Below, piece by piece: positions 1 to 14,173 of a DNA stretch of 64,000 bases (within the stretch, counting starts at the first letter, position 1; the number at the start of each line of letters is the position of its first letter). Below the pieces are notes generated by a model. That model worked only from the letters and a program-made list of their open reading frames with translations. It did not search any database and was not told the DNA's origin. Source of the stretch: Octopus vulgaris (Eukaryota); the NCBI GenBank assembly GCA_951406725.2, contig OX597832.1, positions 59,706,001 through 59,770,000 on the forward strand. Direction: 5' to 3'. Position numbers and translations under genes: made by a program.

Positions 1-12
1 TAATAAAAATAT

Positions 13-43
<31 letters not shown>

Positions 44-485
44 ATACCTGCATTATGAAATGTCTATATAATTATACATATAATACATAATCAAGATAAG
101 AAGACAAAAAAACTTTCATGTTTCCTTAATCAACAATTACAAGTGTTTCTGTACCAACTCTTCTTCCGAAGTAAATTTATGCAATCGTTCCTACTGAAAT
201 ATATTTGTAATATTTGCGGGTTTCAAATATTAGAGTGGCGCTTCCTCAGCCTTCCATCAAAGGAGCGCTCATTCACTGTGCTACAGTGTAAGAACACGTC
301 TGGGGAAATGAGATTCTAATGTTTTAACCCCACGAATATTCCGAGTCTACATCATTGCAACTTTTGCGAGAATTTGTTTCGAAAGCAGAGTCGGTATAGA
401 AACAAATATAACAATTGCAAATGCTTATTAAACATGTGTTAAAGTCATTCTAATTATTTATTTATTTATTTATTTTGTCTTCTAA

Positions 486-850
486 TCTCTATATATATAA
501 ACGGCAAAATGTATGCGTGTTTGTCCTTTATAGAAATCCACAATTTTTTCAGTTAGAGGGCTCGCACTTTCTATGGTCATTCAAAACCGTCCAAGGGTGG
601 TCGTGTACATCTTTACATTTCCCCAGTCACCCCGCAAAGCCGTTAAAAAATCAATAGAAGTTATTTTTGGTGAATTTTCTATCCAAAACCCAATCAAAAT
701 GCCCGAAACGTGATACGCCAATTGAATGCCAGCTAGCTGTATGTGATTGGCGAGGGATTTGGACAGTACTCACGTTTATGAGCGCACGCACGCAGCTGTA
801 TATGCATGCACTAGCACTATGAATCCGGCATTGCCGGGTCATAGTTCTAG
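486..850 (+). mobile_element. Non-autonomous Helitron
   Basis: 5' end TCTCTATATATATAAA; subterminal hairpin CCGGCA-T-TGCCGG (825-837); 3' end CTAG (847-850); inserted between A485 and T851 with no TSD. Confidence 0.8.
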
Positions 851-1305
851 TATGGATTATCTTTCATTTGGTTCCTCACTCCCTGCCTTACCATGAAGAA
901 CACAGACCAAAATCATCTCACGTAAATATGTACGCATAATGGTGACTGTAGATAAAGTGTCGGAAGGATTGGAATGTGAGAGCTTGGCAAAGGATTTTCG
1001 CGATCGACAAGGCATAAACTTTCCCCACATTCTACATTTCAGCGAGAGATAAGACTTTTCATTTCATTGTAATTCACACTTTATAACATACATCCAAATC
1101 TACACAGATGTATATACAAGTATATATACATACGTACATACATCTATACATATGTATATACATATATACATGCATATAAATATACATATATATACCTATA
1201 CATATGTATATATACATATGTATATACATATGTATATAAGTTAAATTGGCTACGAATATGCATTTTTGCATATATATATATATATATACACGTACATATG
1301 CATAC

Positions 1306-1375
<70 letters not shown>

Positions 1376-1381
<6 letters not shown>

Positions 1382-1671
1382 CAATTTAGGAGTGACCTTA
1401 ACAGGCCATTCGTCCACCAGAGAGAGCAGCCATAACTCACACCGCCAAGTAGTAGTAATTCAGAAATTAGGTGAAAATTTAAAAACATTTACCCTAATTC
1501 ATCTTTTATGAAGATGAATTAGGGTAAAATTAGGGTAAAAGATGAATTAGGGTAAATGTTTTTAAATTTTCACCTAATTTCTGAAGAATTACTACTACTT
1601 GGCGGTGTGAGTTATGGCTGCTCTCTCTGGTGGACGAATGGCCTGTTAAGGTCACTCCTAAATTGTTATAT
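1376..1671. repeat. Near-perfect fold-back inverted repeat (arms about 133 bp) next to (TA)n
   Basis: 1376-1508 is the reverse complement of 1536-1671 apart from a 3-nt insertion in the right arm; the spacer consists of partial copies of the arm end. Confidence 0.95.
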
Positions 1672-1823
1672 TTTTATATATTTAGTCTTTGACTATTTTC
1701 TCTTTTCCACTAGGCCGCTGGTAGCGATAAATTTCTATTGAATTTTTTGCTACCCTAAATTGACTAAAATATATATATATATATATATATATATGCATGT
1801 GTGTATATATATATGTATGTATG

Positions 1824-1899
<76 letters not shown>

Positions 1900-2608
1900 C
1901 ATATACATATATAATTAAGATTCAGATGAATTAGATACTTAAATTGAGGCACCAAGCCTCTTTGGTCAGCCCAACTCGAGGTTAGGTGGACATCCTTGTT
2001 AGTTATCGTATATATATATATATATATATACCCACACACACACACACACACAAACATATATATATATATGTATATATATATGTATACATATACATGTGTG
2101 TGTGTATGTATGTGTGTATTTATATATAATGAATACACGTATATGTTGCTGTGAATGCAGAAGCATATACAAATTTAATGTATACATACTATTTAAGTAT
2201 GTATACATTTGTATATAATTGTTTATACACACACAGAGATAGTGAGGTAGAGAGAAAGAGATGGAAACATAGATACGTGCACACATACACATACACATGC
2301 ATATACATACATATATATGTGTGTGTGTATATAGGTTTGGGTGTAAGATTTAGAAACTTAACGAGCCGTAAAATACATCATTCCTATCGATGGGACTTGA
2401 AGTGGATACATCTATAAATAATTGCGTGTAAATATTTGGGTAAAATAAAATAATTTGAAATAATATTCAATCATGTAACATAAATGGGTTATTCTGACCG
2501 TTACAACTCATATGTGGATAACCGAGTGTTAGAAATTTGAAATTTTGATCAAGGGGGTCCTTGTAAGAAGTAGAGACATACTAAAGTAATTGATGATGAT
2601 GATGTTGA

Positions 2609-2655
<47 letters not shown>

Positions 2656-2686
2656 ATAATGATAATAATAATAATAATAATAATAA

Positions 2687-2763
<77 letters not shown>

Positions 2764-3292
2764 ATCAGGTATTGCGACAAAAAATATTAAGGATAAAGTC
2801 GATATGGCTGGTGTTATTTGATAATCTCTCGATATTTTATGCTATGCAAATATTTAATTTAAATAAATTGAATAATCTACAGAAGAGCACTATTAAAAGG
2901 AATTCTTAGATTTTTTATTTCATGTAGTGACATATTAAAACTTTAAATACTGAAGCAAAAGCATTCATTTTGTTTTTTTTTTTTTTTTTTGCTCCTGTTG
3001 CAGAAACGATAATTGCTATATAAATTAAGATAACAGAAAAGAAAGACATAAAATATAAATGTAAATAGATAAAAATAGATGTTTGAAATGCCAGAAAGGT
3101 TTCAATAATCTGTAAGTGAAAAGAATTACCAAATTGAATGGATTAATGGTACTCAAAGAAGACTGATGCTCCCCAGATTTTGGAATGCGTTCTTAACCCG
3201 AGCCTCTTTTTAAAATGAGCGATTCAAGGACACAGGGAGGCGCTATTAATGTGTATCTATGCATGTATATATGTATGCATGTATGTATGTTT

Positions 3293-3407
<115 letters not shown>

Positions 3408-3498
3408 CATATTTACATATATATGTATATATTTATGTATATATATGTGTATGTGAGTATAGTATATGTATGTATGTATGTATGTATGTATGCATGCA

Positions 3499-3551
<53 letters not shown>

Positions 3552-4304
3552 TTTACATTGTCTTAAATCATCTCTGAAGAAAGAAATGTGTATAACTGAA
3601 ATAGATAGCAATGGTTCGCCCATTTCATTATATATGTTCATGAAACGGCCGTAAGAATATGAACTTTCATTGGATTTATCTATGGATTTCTCTTACAATT
3701 ATTTTGAACCATCCTTTCCTTCCATTTGATCAGTTCGATTAATGGAATATATTGACCGTGCATCTATAATAATTTTCTTATTGATACCAACCACGAACAT
3801 ACAATTTCATAGGATGTCATGCGAGTATATATATGTCTAATATTTTTTATTGTATCTACATATTTATATTTACGCATATAACCACCAGTGGTGGTCGACA
3901 AGTCATACTGAAAAAAAACAAGGGAGCAATAAAATTAGTAAAAAAAGGAATTTGGTTTACAGTTTCTCTGATCCTGTTTCCGTAGACGCTTTCGCTTGCA
4001 GTGGTTATTTTTTGGGATCAGGTGTATTTATATTTTTTTCCGCGAGCGGTTCTGATTTTTGCTTCGTTAAAATACTGGTGGCGGTTTTTTTTTGGGGGGG
4101 AGGGGGTCAAGTTTGTCGTTCTCCTTGATTAGTTTCCTGTGCATTTTCTACGTATTTTCTAATTCGGAGAGAGAACGTATTGTATTTGCCTTTAGAAAAA
4201 AATATATAGGAAAACAACAAACCTAGTCTACCAATTGATAGAATAACAGAAGCATAGTTTATGTGTGGTTAAGCTTAATGAACAGAATATTTAGTATTAT
4301 ATTC

Positions 4305-5090
4305 TTACTTTCTAATTTTGAGAGAAGGCCAAGAATTGTGACCGGAGGAGGCGATTCCTGTATTTTGATCCCAGTTTTTAACTGTTACTTTATTGGATCA
4401 AACACGAAGAGACCAAAGGCAAATTCGACCCTGGCTCAATTTGAACTCAGAATGTAAAAAATCGGGAAGAAATAACGCAAGGTAGTTTATCTTACGCGTC
4501 AACAACTCCGTCAGCTCACGTATTTGTGTTTAATATTATATACGTTGTATAAAAGCGACGAACCAGCAGAATCGTTGGAGCTTCGGACAAAATCCTTTCT
4601 ATTATAGGCACAAAACCCGCAGTTTTGCGGAAGGAGACTAGTCGATTACAACAACCCCAGAATGTCAATGGTACTTATTTAATCGACCCCGAAAGGATGA
4701 AAGGCAAAGTCGACCTCGGCAGAATTTGAACTCAGAACGTAAAGACAAACGAAATACCTATTTCTTTACTACCCACAAGGGGCTAAACACAGAGAGGACA
4801 AACAAGGACAGGCAAACACAAAGAGGACAAACAAGGACTCAGAACTTAACGGCAGACGAAATATTGCTAAGAATTTCGCCCGGCGTGCTAACGTTTCTGC
4901 CAGCCCGCCGCCTTACAAAATGCCGGACAAAATGCCAAACGGCATCTCTTCTGCATTTTTATTTTCAGTGTTCAGATACCATCGAGGCCAATTTTGTTTT
5001 TTATCCATATCGGGGTCGATAAAATAAAGATTCCGTCAAGAACAGTGATGAAAATAATTGACGAACTTTCTTCACCTCAAATTGCTAACT
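4305..5090. mobile_element. Cluster of tRNA-derived SINE family A copies (best copy about 4596-4915, minus)
   Basis: Shared motif ATCGACCCCGAAAGGATGAAAGGCAAAGTCGACCTCGGC..AATTTGAACTCAGAACG recurs more than 10 times in the window; tRNA-like head with B-box GTTCAAATTC on the opposite strand; central part resembles the Meta/MESC SINE domain (from memory). Confidence 0.8.
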
Positions 5091-5918
5091 TTTGTCAATA
5101 TAAGAAATATTTATTTACGTTGTATTTTTCGGAGAAATTGATTCGTTGGTTAGTTCATAAACAATTAAAAGTAAACACGAAGTAGAATGGATGTTATTAG
5201 CAAGAAGTGAACAACTGTTACCTTCACCTCACCGTCGCCTGCTTCTCTTCCGCTTTTCCTTTGCGAATGCAAACTTACGCTGTTTTGTGTTCTCCAACAT
5301 TTGCATTCAGTTTCTAAAAGCATGGACGGTGTAAAATTATTCTCTTTCATTTACTTGCTGTCATTTTTGCCCTGAAGAAGCACATTATCCGAAACGTTGA
5401 ATACACTCTTCCCCAAGCCTATTTCACTATACTCTTTCTACAGTCACCTACGGTTCTCTTCTCAATATTGAATAACTCATGAACAAATTTCCTCATTACA
5501 ACTTGCGAACCGTCAATGATTCGAAGATGCAAATACTTCTGGTAAATAATTTACCTTTCAGTTCAAATAAAAACAACAAAACAGTAACAACAACAACAAC
5601 GATAACAATAACATTAACGCGGTAAATAATATATATATATATGTATATATACATATACACATGATTTATCTCGTTATTATGCATGTAAATATACATTCAT
5701 ATATGTTTGTGTATCTTTGTGTGTATGTATATATATATATATATATATTTACACATATATACACATATATATATATATATACATATATATATACATATAT
5801 ATACATATATATACAAATATATATACGTACATATATATATATATATACATATATATACATATATATATATATACATATATATATATACACACATATATAT
5901 ATACATATATATATATAC

Positions 5919-5959
<41 letters not shown>

Positions 5960-5989
5960 TACATATATATATATACATATATATTTATA

Positions 5990-6072
<83 letters not shown>

Positions 6073-6449
6073 GTACACAGGTGATGTGGACGCTGAAACT
6101 AATTAATTATATTGAATGTACGATGACCTGATGTCAGCTGTGACAAGACACACCGCTGTGACAGACTACTTAGTAAATGTTCAACGACCAATTCTACAAG
6201 ATGCTCTCCTGTTTACGAGGCCTCAAATGGTCACACATTTAGGTTGCGATTCAATTAGGTAGCTTCGCTAATTAAATTTTCATATGCCAAACTTCAGACG
6301 TTTCTATCGTAGATTCAGGAAATTTCAACATTGACATAAATACTCCAAGCACATTTTTCTCGTACAACACGATGATAGAGACATCGTTGCCCTTCCCCTC
6401 TAAATCAAATCTCAGTGATTCCTTCGTCGTAACTTTATGTGTTTCATTT

Positions 6450-6728
6450 TATCTTTTACGTGTTTCAGTTATTAGACTGCGGCCGTGCTGGGGCACCGCC
6501 TTGAACAATTTTAAGTCGAATAAACCGACTACAGTACTGAATGATTTCGTTTTTCAAAGTCTGGTATTTATCATATCGATATCTTTTGCCAAACAAAGCA
6601 CATGGTTCCGGGTTCAGTCCAACTACCTGGCACCTTGGGCAAGTGTCTTCTACTATAGCCTCGAACTGACCAAAGCCTTGTCAGTGAATTTGGTAGACGG
6701 AAACTGAAACCAGCCCGTCGTATATATG

Positions 6729-6761
<33 letters not shown>

Positions 6762-6990
6762 ATGTATGTGTGTGTGTGTGTTTATGTGTCTGTGTTTGTT
6801 CCCCCAACATCGCTTGACAACCTATGCTGGTGTGTATACGTCCCTGTAACTTAGTGGTTCGGCAAAAGAGACCGATAGAATAAGTACTAGGCTTACAAAA
6901 AATAATTCCTGGGGTCGATTTGCTCAACTAAAGGCCGTGCTCCAGCATGGCCACAGTCAAAATGACTGAAACAAGTAAAAGAGTAAAAGT
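6450..6990. mobile_element. SINE family B (CORE-like): minus 3' fragment 6450-6590 abutting plus copy 6597-6990
   Basis: Matches the full-length copies at 57936-58348 and 59872-60292 (CCTTGGGCAAGTGTCTTC, AAATGACTGAAACAAGTAAAAGA). Confidence 0.85.
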
Positions 6991-7498
6991 GTACCACGAA
7001 AATCTGTGTGTGTGTGTGCGTGTGTATGTTTCTCTCCACCCCCCACCGGTTGTTGGTTTGTTTCCGTCTCCGTAACTTACCGTTTCTTGTCCAACAGTAT
7101 GTCTCAGAGCCGTACAACCTTTATTTTATTTGTATATTTATATTCGTACCAACTGAGGTGTCCTGTTTGTTTTTGTCATTGTGTTCCGCGTTCGCTTATT
7201 ATTCCCAGCAGCCTCTGCTGTTGACGCCGCCAAAATGAACAATATTATCGTGAAAGGCGTTAAATTCTAATGAATTTTGGACGATAACTGACGAGGACAG
7301 AGCATGTCCATGTGTGCATTTTCCGTATGTTGATTTGTCGTCCTTCTGTTCAATTATTGTATCCGATAGGTGTCTGTATGTGCGCGCGCGATTCTGTGTG
7401 GATGCGCGCGTGTATGTGTATAAGTATATATGTATGGATATATGTATATATGTATCTATGTATCTATGTATGTATGTATATATATATATATGTATGTA

Positions 7499-7543
<45 letters not shown>

Positions 7544-7545
7544 AC

Positions 7546-7588
<43 letters not shown>

Positions 7589-7609
7589 GTGTATGTATGC
7601 TTACGAAGG

Positions 7610-8133
7610 GTCCTTTCAGTTTCCACCTACGAATTCCAAAATCTATCCACAAATTCTTTAGTTGGACGAAGTTATAGTAGGGGACACTTAGTGAAGGGGC
7701 CACATATTGAAACTGAACCCGGCACCGAATGGTTTGGTTGGGAAGCAAACTTCTCACACTCACAAGTTTGAATTTTAAATTCTTTAACTTATTTTCTTGG
7801 GCTGTTACAAGCATCTCGCTCTAGGTTATTCATTATATTTTCCAACATGCAGCCAGTGAAATTTTAATTAATTATAAAGTTTTATGTACCAAATTATATT
7901 TTAGCTACATTCGTTCATTTATCTAGTTAAATCGATGCCATAAACCGATTTGTCTTTGAACTCATCTCTTTTTAATTATTAAAGGCCCAATTATTTGTCT
8001 GTGAATTCGGTAACCGAAACTTGAGTGGAAGTATGTAGTAGATATGTATAAATACACATATTTATAGGTGCATATATAAATGTATTTATATGTGTGTGAG
8101 TATGTGTGTGTATAAGTATGTATATATTTATGT

Positions 8134-8179
<46 letters not shown>

Positions 8180-8560
8180 TCCTGTCCATATATGCATGTT
8201 TTTATGTAGGTATGTATATATGTAGGTATGTATGTATGTATGTATGTATGTATGTGTGTATGTATGTTTGTATGTATGTATGTATGTATGAGTATATATT
8301 CTCTTTTATTTTTTATTATTCTGATTGCTTCAGTCACTGGAGTGCGGCCATGCTGGTGTACTGTCTTCAAGCATTTTAGTCGAAAGGATAGACCCTTTTT
8401 TCCCTTTTTTTAAAGCCTAATATTTATTCATTTGTTCAGTAACATTTGCCGAACACCTAAGTTACAGGAACATAAAGACACCAACACCGGTTCTCAAGTG
8501 GTGGAGGGCAACAAAACAGACGCAACCTCACACAAACACACACATACACACACACACATA
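7610..8560 (-). mobile_element. Decayed SINE family B fragments (about 7610-7760 and 8300-8560)
   Basis: Diverged matches to family B (TTTCAGTTTCC, ACTGAACCCGG, TGCGGCCATGCTGG). Confidence 0.65.
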
Positions 8561-8600
8561 TTTCAAATAATTGATAGGGAAGTAGAGAAGACAGAATGTA

Positions 8601-9011
8601 CAGTAAACTTTATTTAGCACGATCGTTTTGGTTTATTCTGCACTGCTCTTTCGTGGATGGGGGACGATATAACACAATCCAATGCACCCCACAGGACAGA
8701 AGAAACCACAGCAGGATACGTAATACGTTACAGTGTTATAATATATCCATTTTGCTTCTGTATGTTGGTATGATGCGTGTGATTATATTAATGGATTTGT
8801 GAATGACTATAGACGCATGCATCATGCCAACACCATCCTGCCACGCACAGTTGCAAAATGTACATAATATAACATAGTAACGTATTATGTAAACTGTTGA
8901 GGTTTCTTCTGCACTGTGGGGTGCATTCGGTTCAATTATATCGTCCTCCAGTCACTAGGAAGCTGTGCAGATGTCAGCCGAAACAATCGTCGGGGTAAAT
9001 AAAGCTTACTG
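8601..9011. repeat. Old imperfect inverted repeat (arms about 110 bp): MITE or Penelope-like inverted termini
   Basis: 8601-8706 aligns to the reverse complement of 8902-9011 (ATGCACCCCACAG, GGACGATATAA, CAGTAA.CTTTATTTA). Confidence 0.7.
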
Positions 9012-9073
9012 CATACTGGCTTACTTATCAAATATTTAAAATATACAAAATCTTCAGCGAATTCCTTACATAG

Positions 9074-9133
9074 AGCCACCGATGAGAATTAAGATGCTCT
9101 GCACCAAAATTCGAAATCACCGGTGACATGGTT
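9074..9133 (+). ncRNA. Decayed type I hammerhead ribozyme motif
   Basis: AGCCA-CCGATGA-GAATT..AATTC-GAAA-TCACCGGTGA-CA-TGGTT: all three helices can be drawn, but two conserved U positions read C. Confidence 0.5.
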
Positions 9134-9215
9134 ATGTCCGCAAAGGGAACTTATCTGTCATATCAGGTCTCTTGTGGCTAGTAAATCGGTTTGACTCTTA
9201 TTTCCAGCAATAGTG

Positions 9216-9271
<56 letters not shown>

Positions 9272-9286
9272 ATCTCCCCATATATG

Positions 9287-9340
<54 letters not shown>

Positions 9341-9342
<2 letters not shown>

Positions 9343-9642
9343 CACACGGCCTAGTTGTTAGAGCAGCGGACTCGCGGTCGAGGGATGGCGGGTTCGAATC
9401 TCAGACCGGGTGATGTGTGTTTATGAGCGAAACACCTAAGCTCCACGCGGCTCCAGCAGAAGGTAATGGCGAACTTCTGCTGACTCTTCCGCCACAACTT
9501 TCTCTCACTCTTTCCTCCTGCATCATGCAGCTCACCTACGGCAGACCGGCGTCCCGTCCAGGTGGGGAACCTATACGCCAAGAAAACCAGGAAACCGGCC
9601 CTATGAGCCAAGCATGACTCGAGAAGGAACAAACAAAAAACA
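9341..9642 (+). mobile_element. tRNA-derived SINE family D, full length
   Basis: A-box-like CGGCCTAGTTG, B-box GGTTCGAATC, (CAAA)-type tail; head shared with 29515-29901 and 53708-53778. Confidence 0.85.
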
Positions 9643-10202
9643 ATATATATATATCTATATATATATATATATATATACAGCGGACTGTTTTCGTCTGCCA
9701 AATCCTGTCGCAAGGCTTTGGTTGGCCTAGAGGCTATAGTAGAAGAAATATGTGTATGTATGTATGTATGTATGTATGTATTTATGTATATAATACTGAT
9801 AATCGCATATTAACACACCCGACTCTCGTGTATATATGCTTGGTTTATATATACGAATGTATAAATAACGAATAAGTATATAGATACGCATACATATATG
9901 CATAAATACATTGAAATATCTAAATGATTATGTATGTGTATATGTGTGCGTGTGTGCGTGTGTCTCCGTGCGTATTTATACATATATATGCGTACACAAA
10001 TACACCTATATAGAAATACAGACATTTATGCACACACACACAGAGATACACACACACGTATATATGTGTCCGTGTGTGTGTAAGTATGTATGTATGTATG
10101 AATCTACGTATATAAAGGAAACAATATCTCTAAGAATATGTATATTTATAAATGTGTGGGTGAAACTGTGTGTGTGTCCGTGCGTCCGTGTGTGGGTATG
10201 TG

Positions 10203-10270
<68 letters not shown>

Positions 10271-10486
10271 CATATATATATACATAACTACATATATATA
10301 TATATACATATACATATACATATACATATATATGTACATGTACATATATACATATATATGTACATATACATATATACATATATATGTATATATATACATA
10401 ACTATATATATATATATATGTACATATACATATATTCATATATATATATACATGTATATACATATATATGTATATATATACATAAT

Positions 10487-10528
<42 letters not shown>

Positions 10529-11519
10529 CATATATACATATATATATTACATATATATATGTATACAAACATGCGTCTGTGTATGTTTGCATGTATTTGT
10601 GTGTATGTGGGTATGCGGTTGTCGTGTGTGTGCGTGTGTGCGTTGTGTGTAAGACATTGCGCTATAGTGTTCAGATCTAGTCAAATTACAAAGCTGAGTA
10701 GTTATCATCGCTGTAAGATACACGTCTGTAGGATTAAACGACGTAAAAGCAAAACTATAGCTGGGTGCTTGTATGTGTGTGCGTTTTTCTCTCTTTCTGT
10801 ATGCCTCTTCTAATATCGCTATACGTTCGTTCATACATTTTCTCTATGTGTATTTGTATTTAGCGGCAAAGAAGAGAGAAGAAAGTTGATACAGCTTACT
10901 TGCTTCTTTGAATATTAACGCTTATGTTAGCAGTTAATATTTCTCAAACTGTTGCTTTCCACTTCATCTGTGAAAACTGTTTGCTTAGTTTAACAAACCC
11001 AGTGGAGCAGTAATGCTATCATTGGAACAAATATGCCCTTTGAATGTCTCTAAATGCTTGCGTAAGAGCAGTACTGGAGCAGAATATTCCGTTGGCCAGC
11101 TTGAAAGACGTCATGTACATTTGGATTATCAAAGAATATAGTTTTTCAAATGACAGCGAACAGAAACTACTTCAATGAAGTTTGAATGTTGGATAACTAA
11201 AAGTTATTTTCAGACTTACCGTGTGATTCAAATATACTCGCCGTGTGATGATACCTTTGAACCGAAGGTAAACAGTGAGAAAAGAGAGAGAGAGACAGAG
11301 AGAGACAGAGAAACAGAGAGTGAAAGAAAGAAAGAAAGAAAGAGAAATAGAGTGAGAGAGAGAGAGAAGTTTAAGTCACTTACTCAAATATAGACAAACA
11401 CGATTAGTCAGTAAGCGTTGTTTAGGAATTTCTAACCCCGGTGTTATTGATGTTGTTATTGTTGAGGTTATTTGTTTTAACCCTAGGTGATGTTTGACGG
11501 CGCATACTTATCGTTTAAC

Positions 11520-11720
11520 TTTTACGTTTTGTCTGTTACTTGCCTTAGTCTTTGGAGAACGGTCATGCTGGAGCAACGCCTTTAAAATTTTTATTCGAAC
11601 AAATCGACAGCAGTACTTATTATTATTTTAAATGACTAGCATTTATTCTGTTATCGAACTGTTATGGCGATGTAAACAAACCAACAGCGTATTTAAAGCA
11701 ACGGTAGGGAACACAAACGC
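11520..11720 (-). mobile_element. Decayed SINE family B 3' part
   Basis: CGGTCATGCTGGAGCAACGCC...GAACAAATCGAC...AGTACTTATT. Confidence 0.6.
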
Positions 11721-11774
11721 ATCCATCCATCCATCCAAACATACATACAAACGAACAAACAAACAAACAAACTT

Positions 11775-12042
11775 GACCCTCTTCGGTTAAGGATGACCAT
11801 GGGATTGAACCTAAAAATTTCCCCTCCGAGACAGAAGTCCGGGCAAGGTTGTTTTTTTTATATTTTTTGGAAGACCAGCCACTAATGGCACCAGTGATGT
11901 CATTTCTACAGCTGAGTGAACTGGAGCAACATGAAATAAAGTGTCTTGCTCAAGAATACAACACACAGCCTGGTCCGGGAATCGAACTCATTACCTCGTG
12001 ATTGTGTGTCTGATGCTCTAACCATTGAGCCATGTGCCTTCA
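11775..12042 (-). mobile_element. tRNA-derived SINE family C
   Basis: Reverse complement matches 36005-36336 from head to tail. Confidence 0.85.
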
Positions 12043-12144
12043 CATAAATATATAAACAACAAACAGTGTGGTATTCGTCTTGATAAGGCATCTCGTTTAT
12101 AACTGAAATGCCTCCATACGAAATGCTTTCTCGAAACAAATACC

Positions 12145-12310
12145 GCAGTAATTTTGGCTTTTTTACAATGTAGCCATATTAAGCAACATATCGCGGTTCA
12201 CTTATCGCGGTAAGACATAAATAAATTATAAAAACAAAAAAAAAATTCAGTACAGCACTGTTTCTACTTCGCGGATTTTTACCTATTGCGGGAGGTTTTT
12301 GGATTACTGT
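12145..12310. mobile_element. Probable Tc1/pogo (Tigger-like) MITE remnant
   Basis: CAGTAAT...ATTACTG-TA ends with internal ATCGCGG/TTCGCGG repeats; diverged. Confidence 0.4.
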
Positions 12311-12673
12311 ATATTTTTTGCCCTATTTCTTTCATCTTTTACATGGTCCAGTCATTAGACTGCGGCCACACTGTGGCACCGCCTCTGTGTGCGTATGTGT
12401 GCACATATCAATGAATGCACGTGCGTATAGTTGAATGTTGGTATACATGATCTAATTGCCGAGATTTATATAGAAAAATAAGAAACTAGACGAGAAAATG
12501 AAAATAGAATATACACACACATCGTACGCACATGCACACATTATTATATGTATAAATACGTTTAACATAAATATATGTACATCTATATGTGTGTATGTGT
12601 GTGTATAAACAGAGAGAAAGAGAGAGAGAGAGAGATACTCATCATATAGTCATATACTTATGTGTGTGTGCAT

Positions 12674-12706
<33 letters not shown>

Positions 12707-12713
12707 TGCATAA

Positions 12714-13045
12714 AGGCAGTGGCTGTGTGGTAAGTTGCTCGCTTGCCAACACCATGGTTCCGGGTTCAGTGCCAGTGCGTGGCACCTTGGGCAAGCCTCG
12801 TGAGTGGATTTGGTAGACGGAAACTGCAAGAAGCACGTCGTATATATAACTCGTATGTGTATGTGCGTTTGTCCCCCAACATCGCTTGACAAGCGATGAT
12901 GGTGTTTTTACGTCCCCGTAAACTAGCGGTTCGGCAGAAGAGACCGATAGAATAACGAAGGAATAAGTCCTGGAGTCGATTTGCTCGACTAAAGGCAGTG
13001 CTCCACCATTGCCGCAGTCAAATGACTGAAACAAGTAAAATAATT
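12714..13045 (+). mobile_element. SINE family B with internal deletions
   Basis: GTGGCTGTGTGGTAAG head through to the AAATGACTGAAACAAGTAAAA tail. Confidence 0.85.
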
Positions 13046-13048
13046 AAA

Positions 13049-13117
<69 letters not shown>

Positions 13118-13219
13118 CGTATGTATATACTTGTACATACACACACATACATAAATACATACATACATAAGTACATACATATGTACATACATACATACAT
13201 ACATACATACATACATACA

Positions 13220-13250
<31 letters not shown>

Positions 13251-14173
13251 GTATGTATGTATACACTCATTTACACATTATATACATACAATTACGAAAA
13301 AAGATGAACGGCAGATAAAAAAAAGGAAAAGAAAAGCCTTACAACCATCCATAACAGTAGTAATAGATACGTAGAAACAGAAATGAAAAAAAATCTTAAA
13401 GTTTGTTTATTTTGTTAATATTTCCTGTGAGTAAAAAAATTGTGAAGCCAGCCCTGTCGTTTTCTGATTTATCTCACTATTTCTCTAATCATTTCAAGTT
13501 CACTAATTACTTCAAACCTTTATCTTTTCGCTTCTTCCAATATAAACAAAGTCGCTCTACCAACAACATTTATCTCCGCCATGTTGATAGTCACCTTCAT
13601 TATTTGCATTCTCCCAAATTTTTTCTGTTTCCGGTTTACCTTCGCCGTTTCCAGCGTTGCTATGTTATGTTTTGGTGGGGTCTTTTTTGTTATATTGTAG
13701 TTTTTGTATGATATTTTTTTCATGTTTATTTATTTTCGTACCTTTTTTCCCTAGAATTAATTATGTCACTATACAACGGTGGGTGCTGAATCGCTCTTGG
13801 CTTTGGGTAAAAGAAAATACAAGAGGATCAGTTAATTATGATTTTATTCACATATTCCACACTCAGATTCACACACCTATTTCAGCAGTCATTCAGTTTT
13901 TTCTGAGCCCTGTAAAAGAACTCGAATGGTTGGGCCTTCAAGCAGGCCTTCTGAGATCCTGCGTTTAACTCTTTTTATCTATGTTAACGACAAACATTTC
14001 TCTAAAACCTGTTATTTCTACCATTATAAGTAGGCTGTTACATCCTCGGTACTTGTGTGAATTTTTGCTACACTGGTAACTATTTATCCGTGTAATTTGT
14101 AAACATTGAAAAAGTACACATACATTTATATATATATATGTGTGTGTGTGTGTATGCATGTATGTATGTATCA

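Noticed and set aside
1455-1521. Possible type II hammerhead at the centre of the 1.4-kb palindrome (TAATTCA-GAAA..TGAAGA-TGAATTA)
   Set aside because: The core reads ATGAAGA and no stem I can be formed; the pairing is explained by the palindrome itself
3004-3111. Exon with a zinc-finger-like CLKCQKGF peptide
   Set aside because: From the strong acceptor at 3003 all three frames hit stops; the nearer AG lacks a pyrimidine tract
5365-5405. CTGAAGA...CCGAAACGTT hammerhead-like spacing
   Set aside because: No convincing stem II or stem I; at best a very decayed relic
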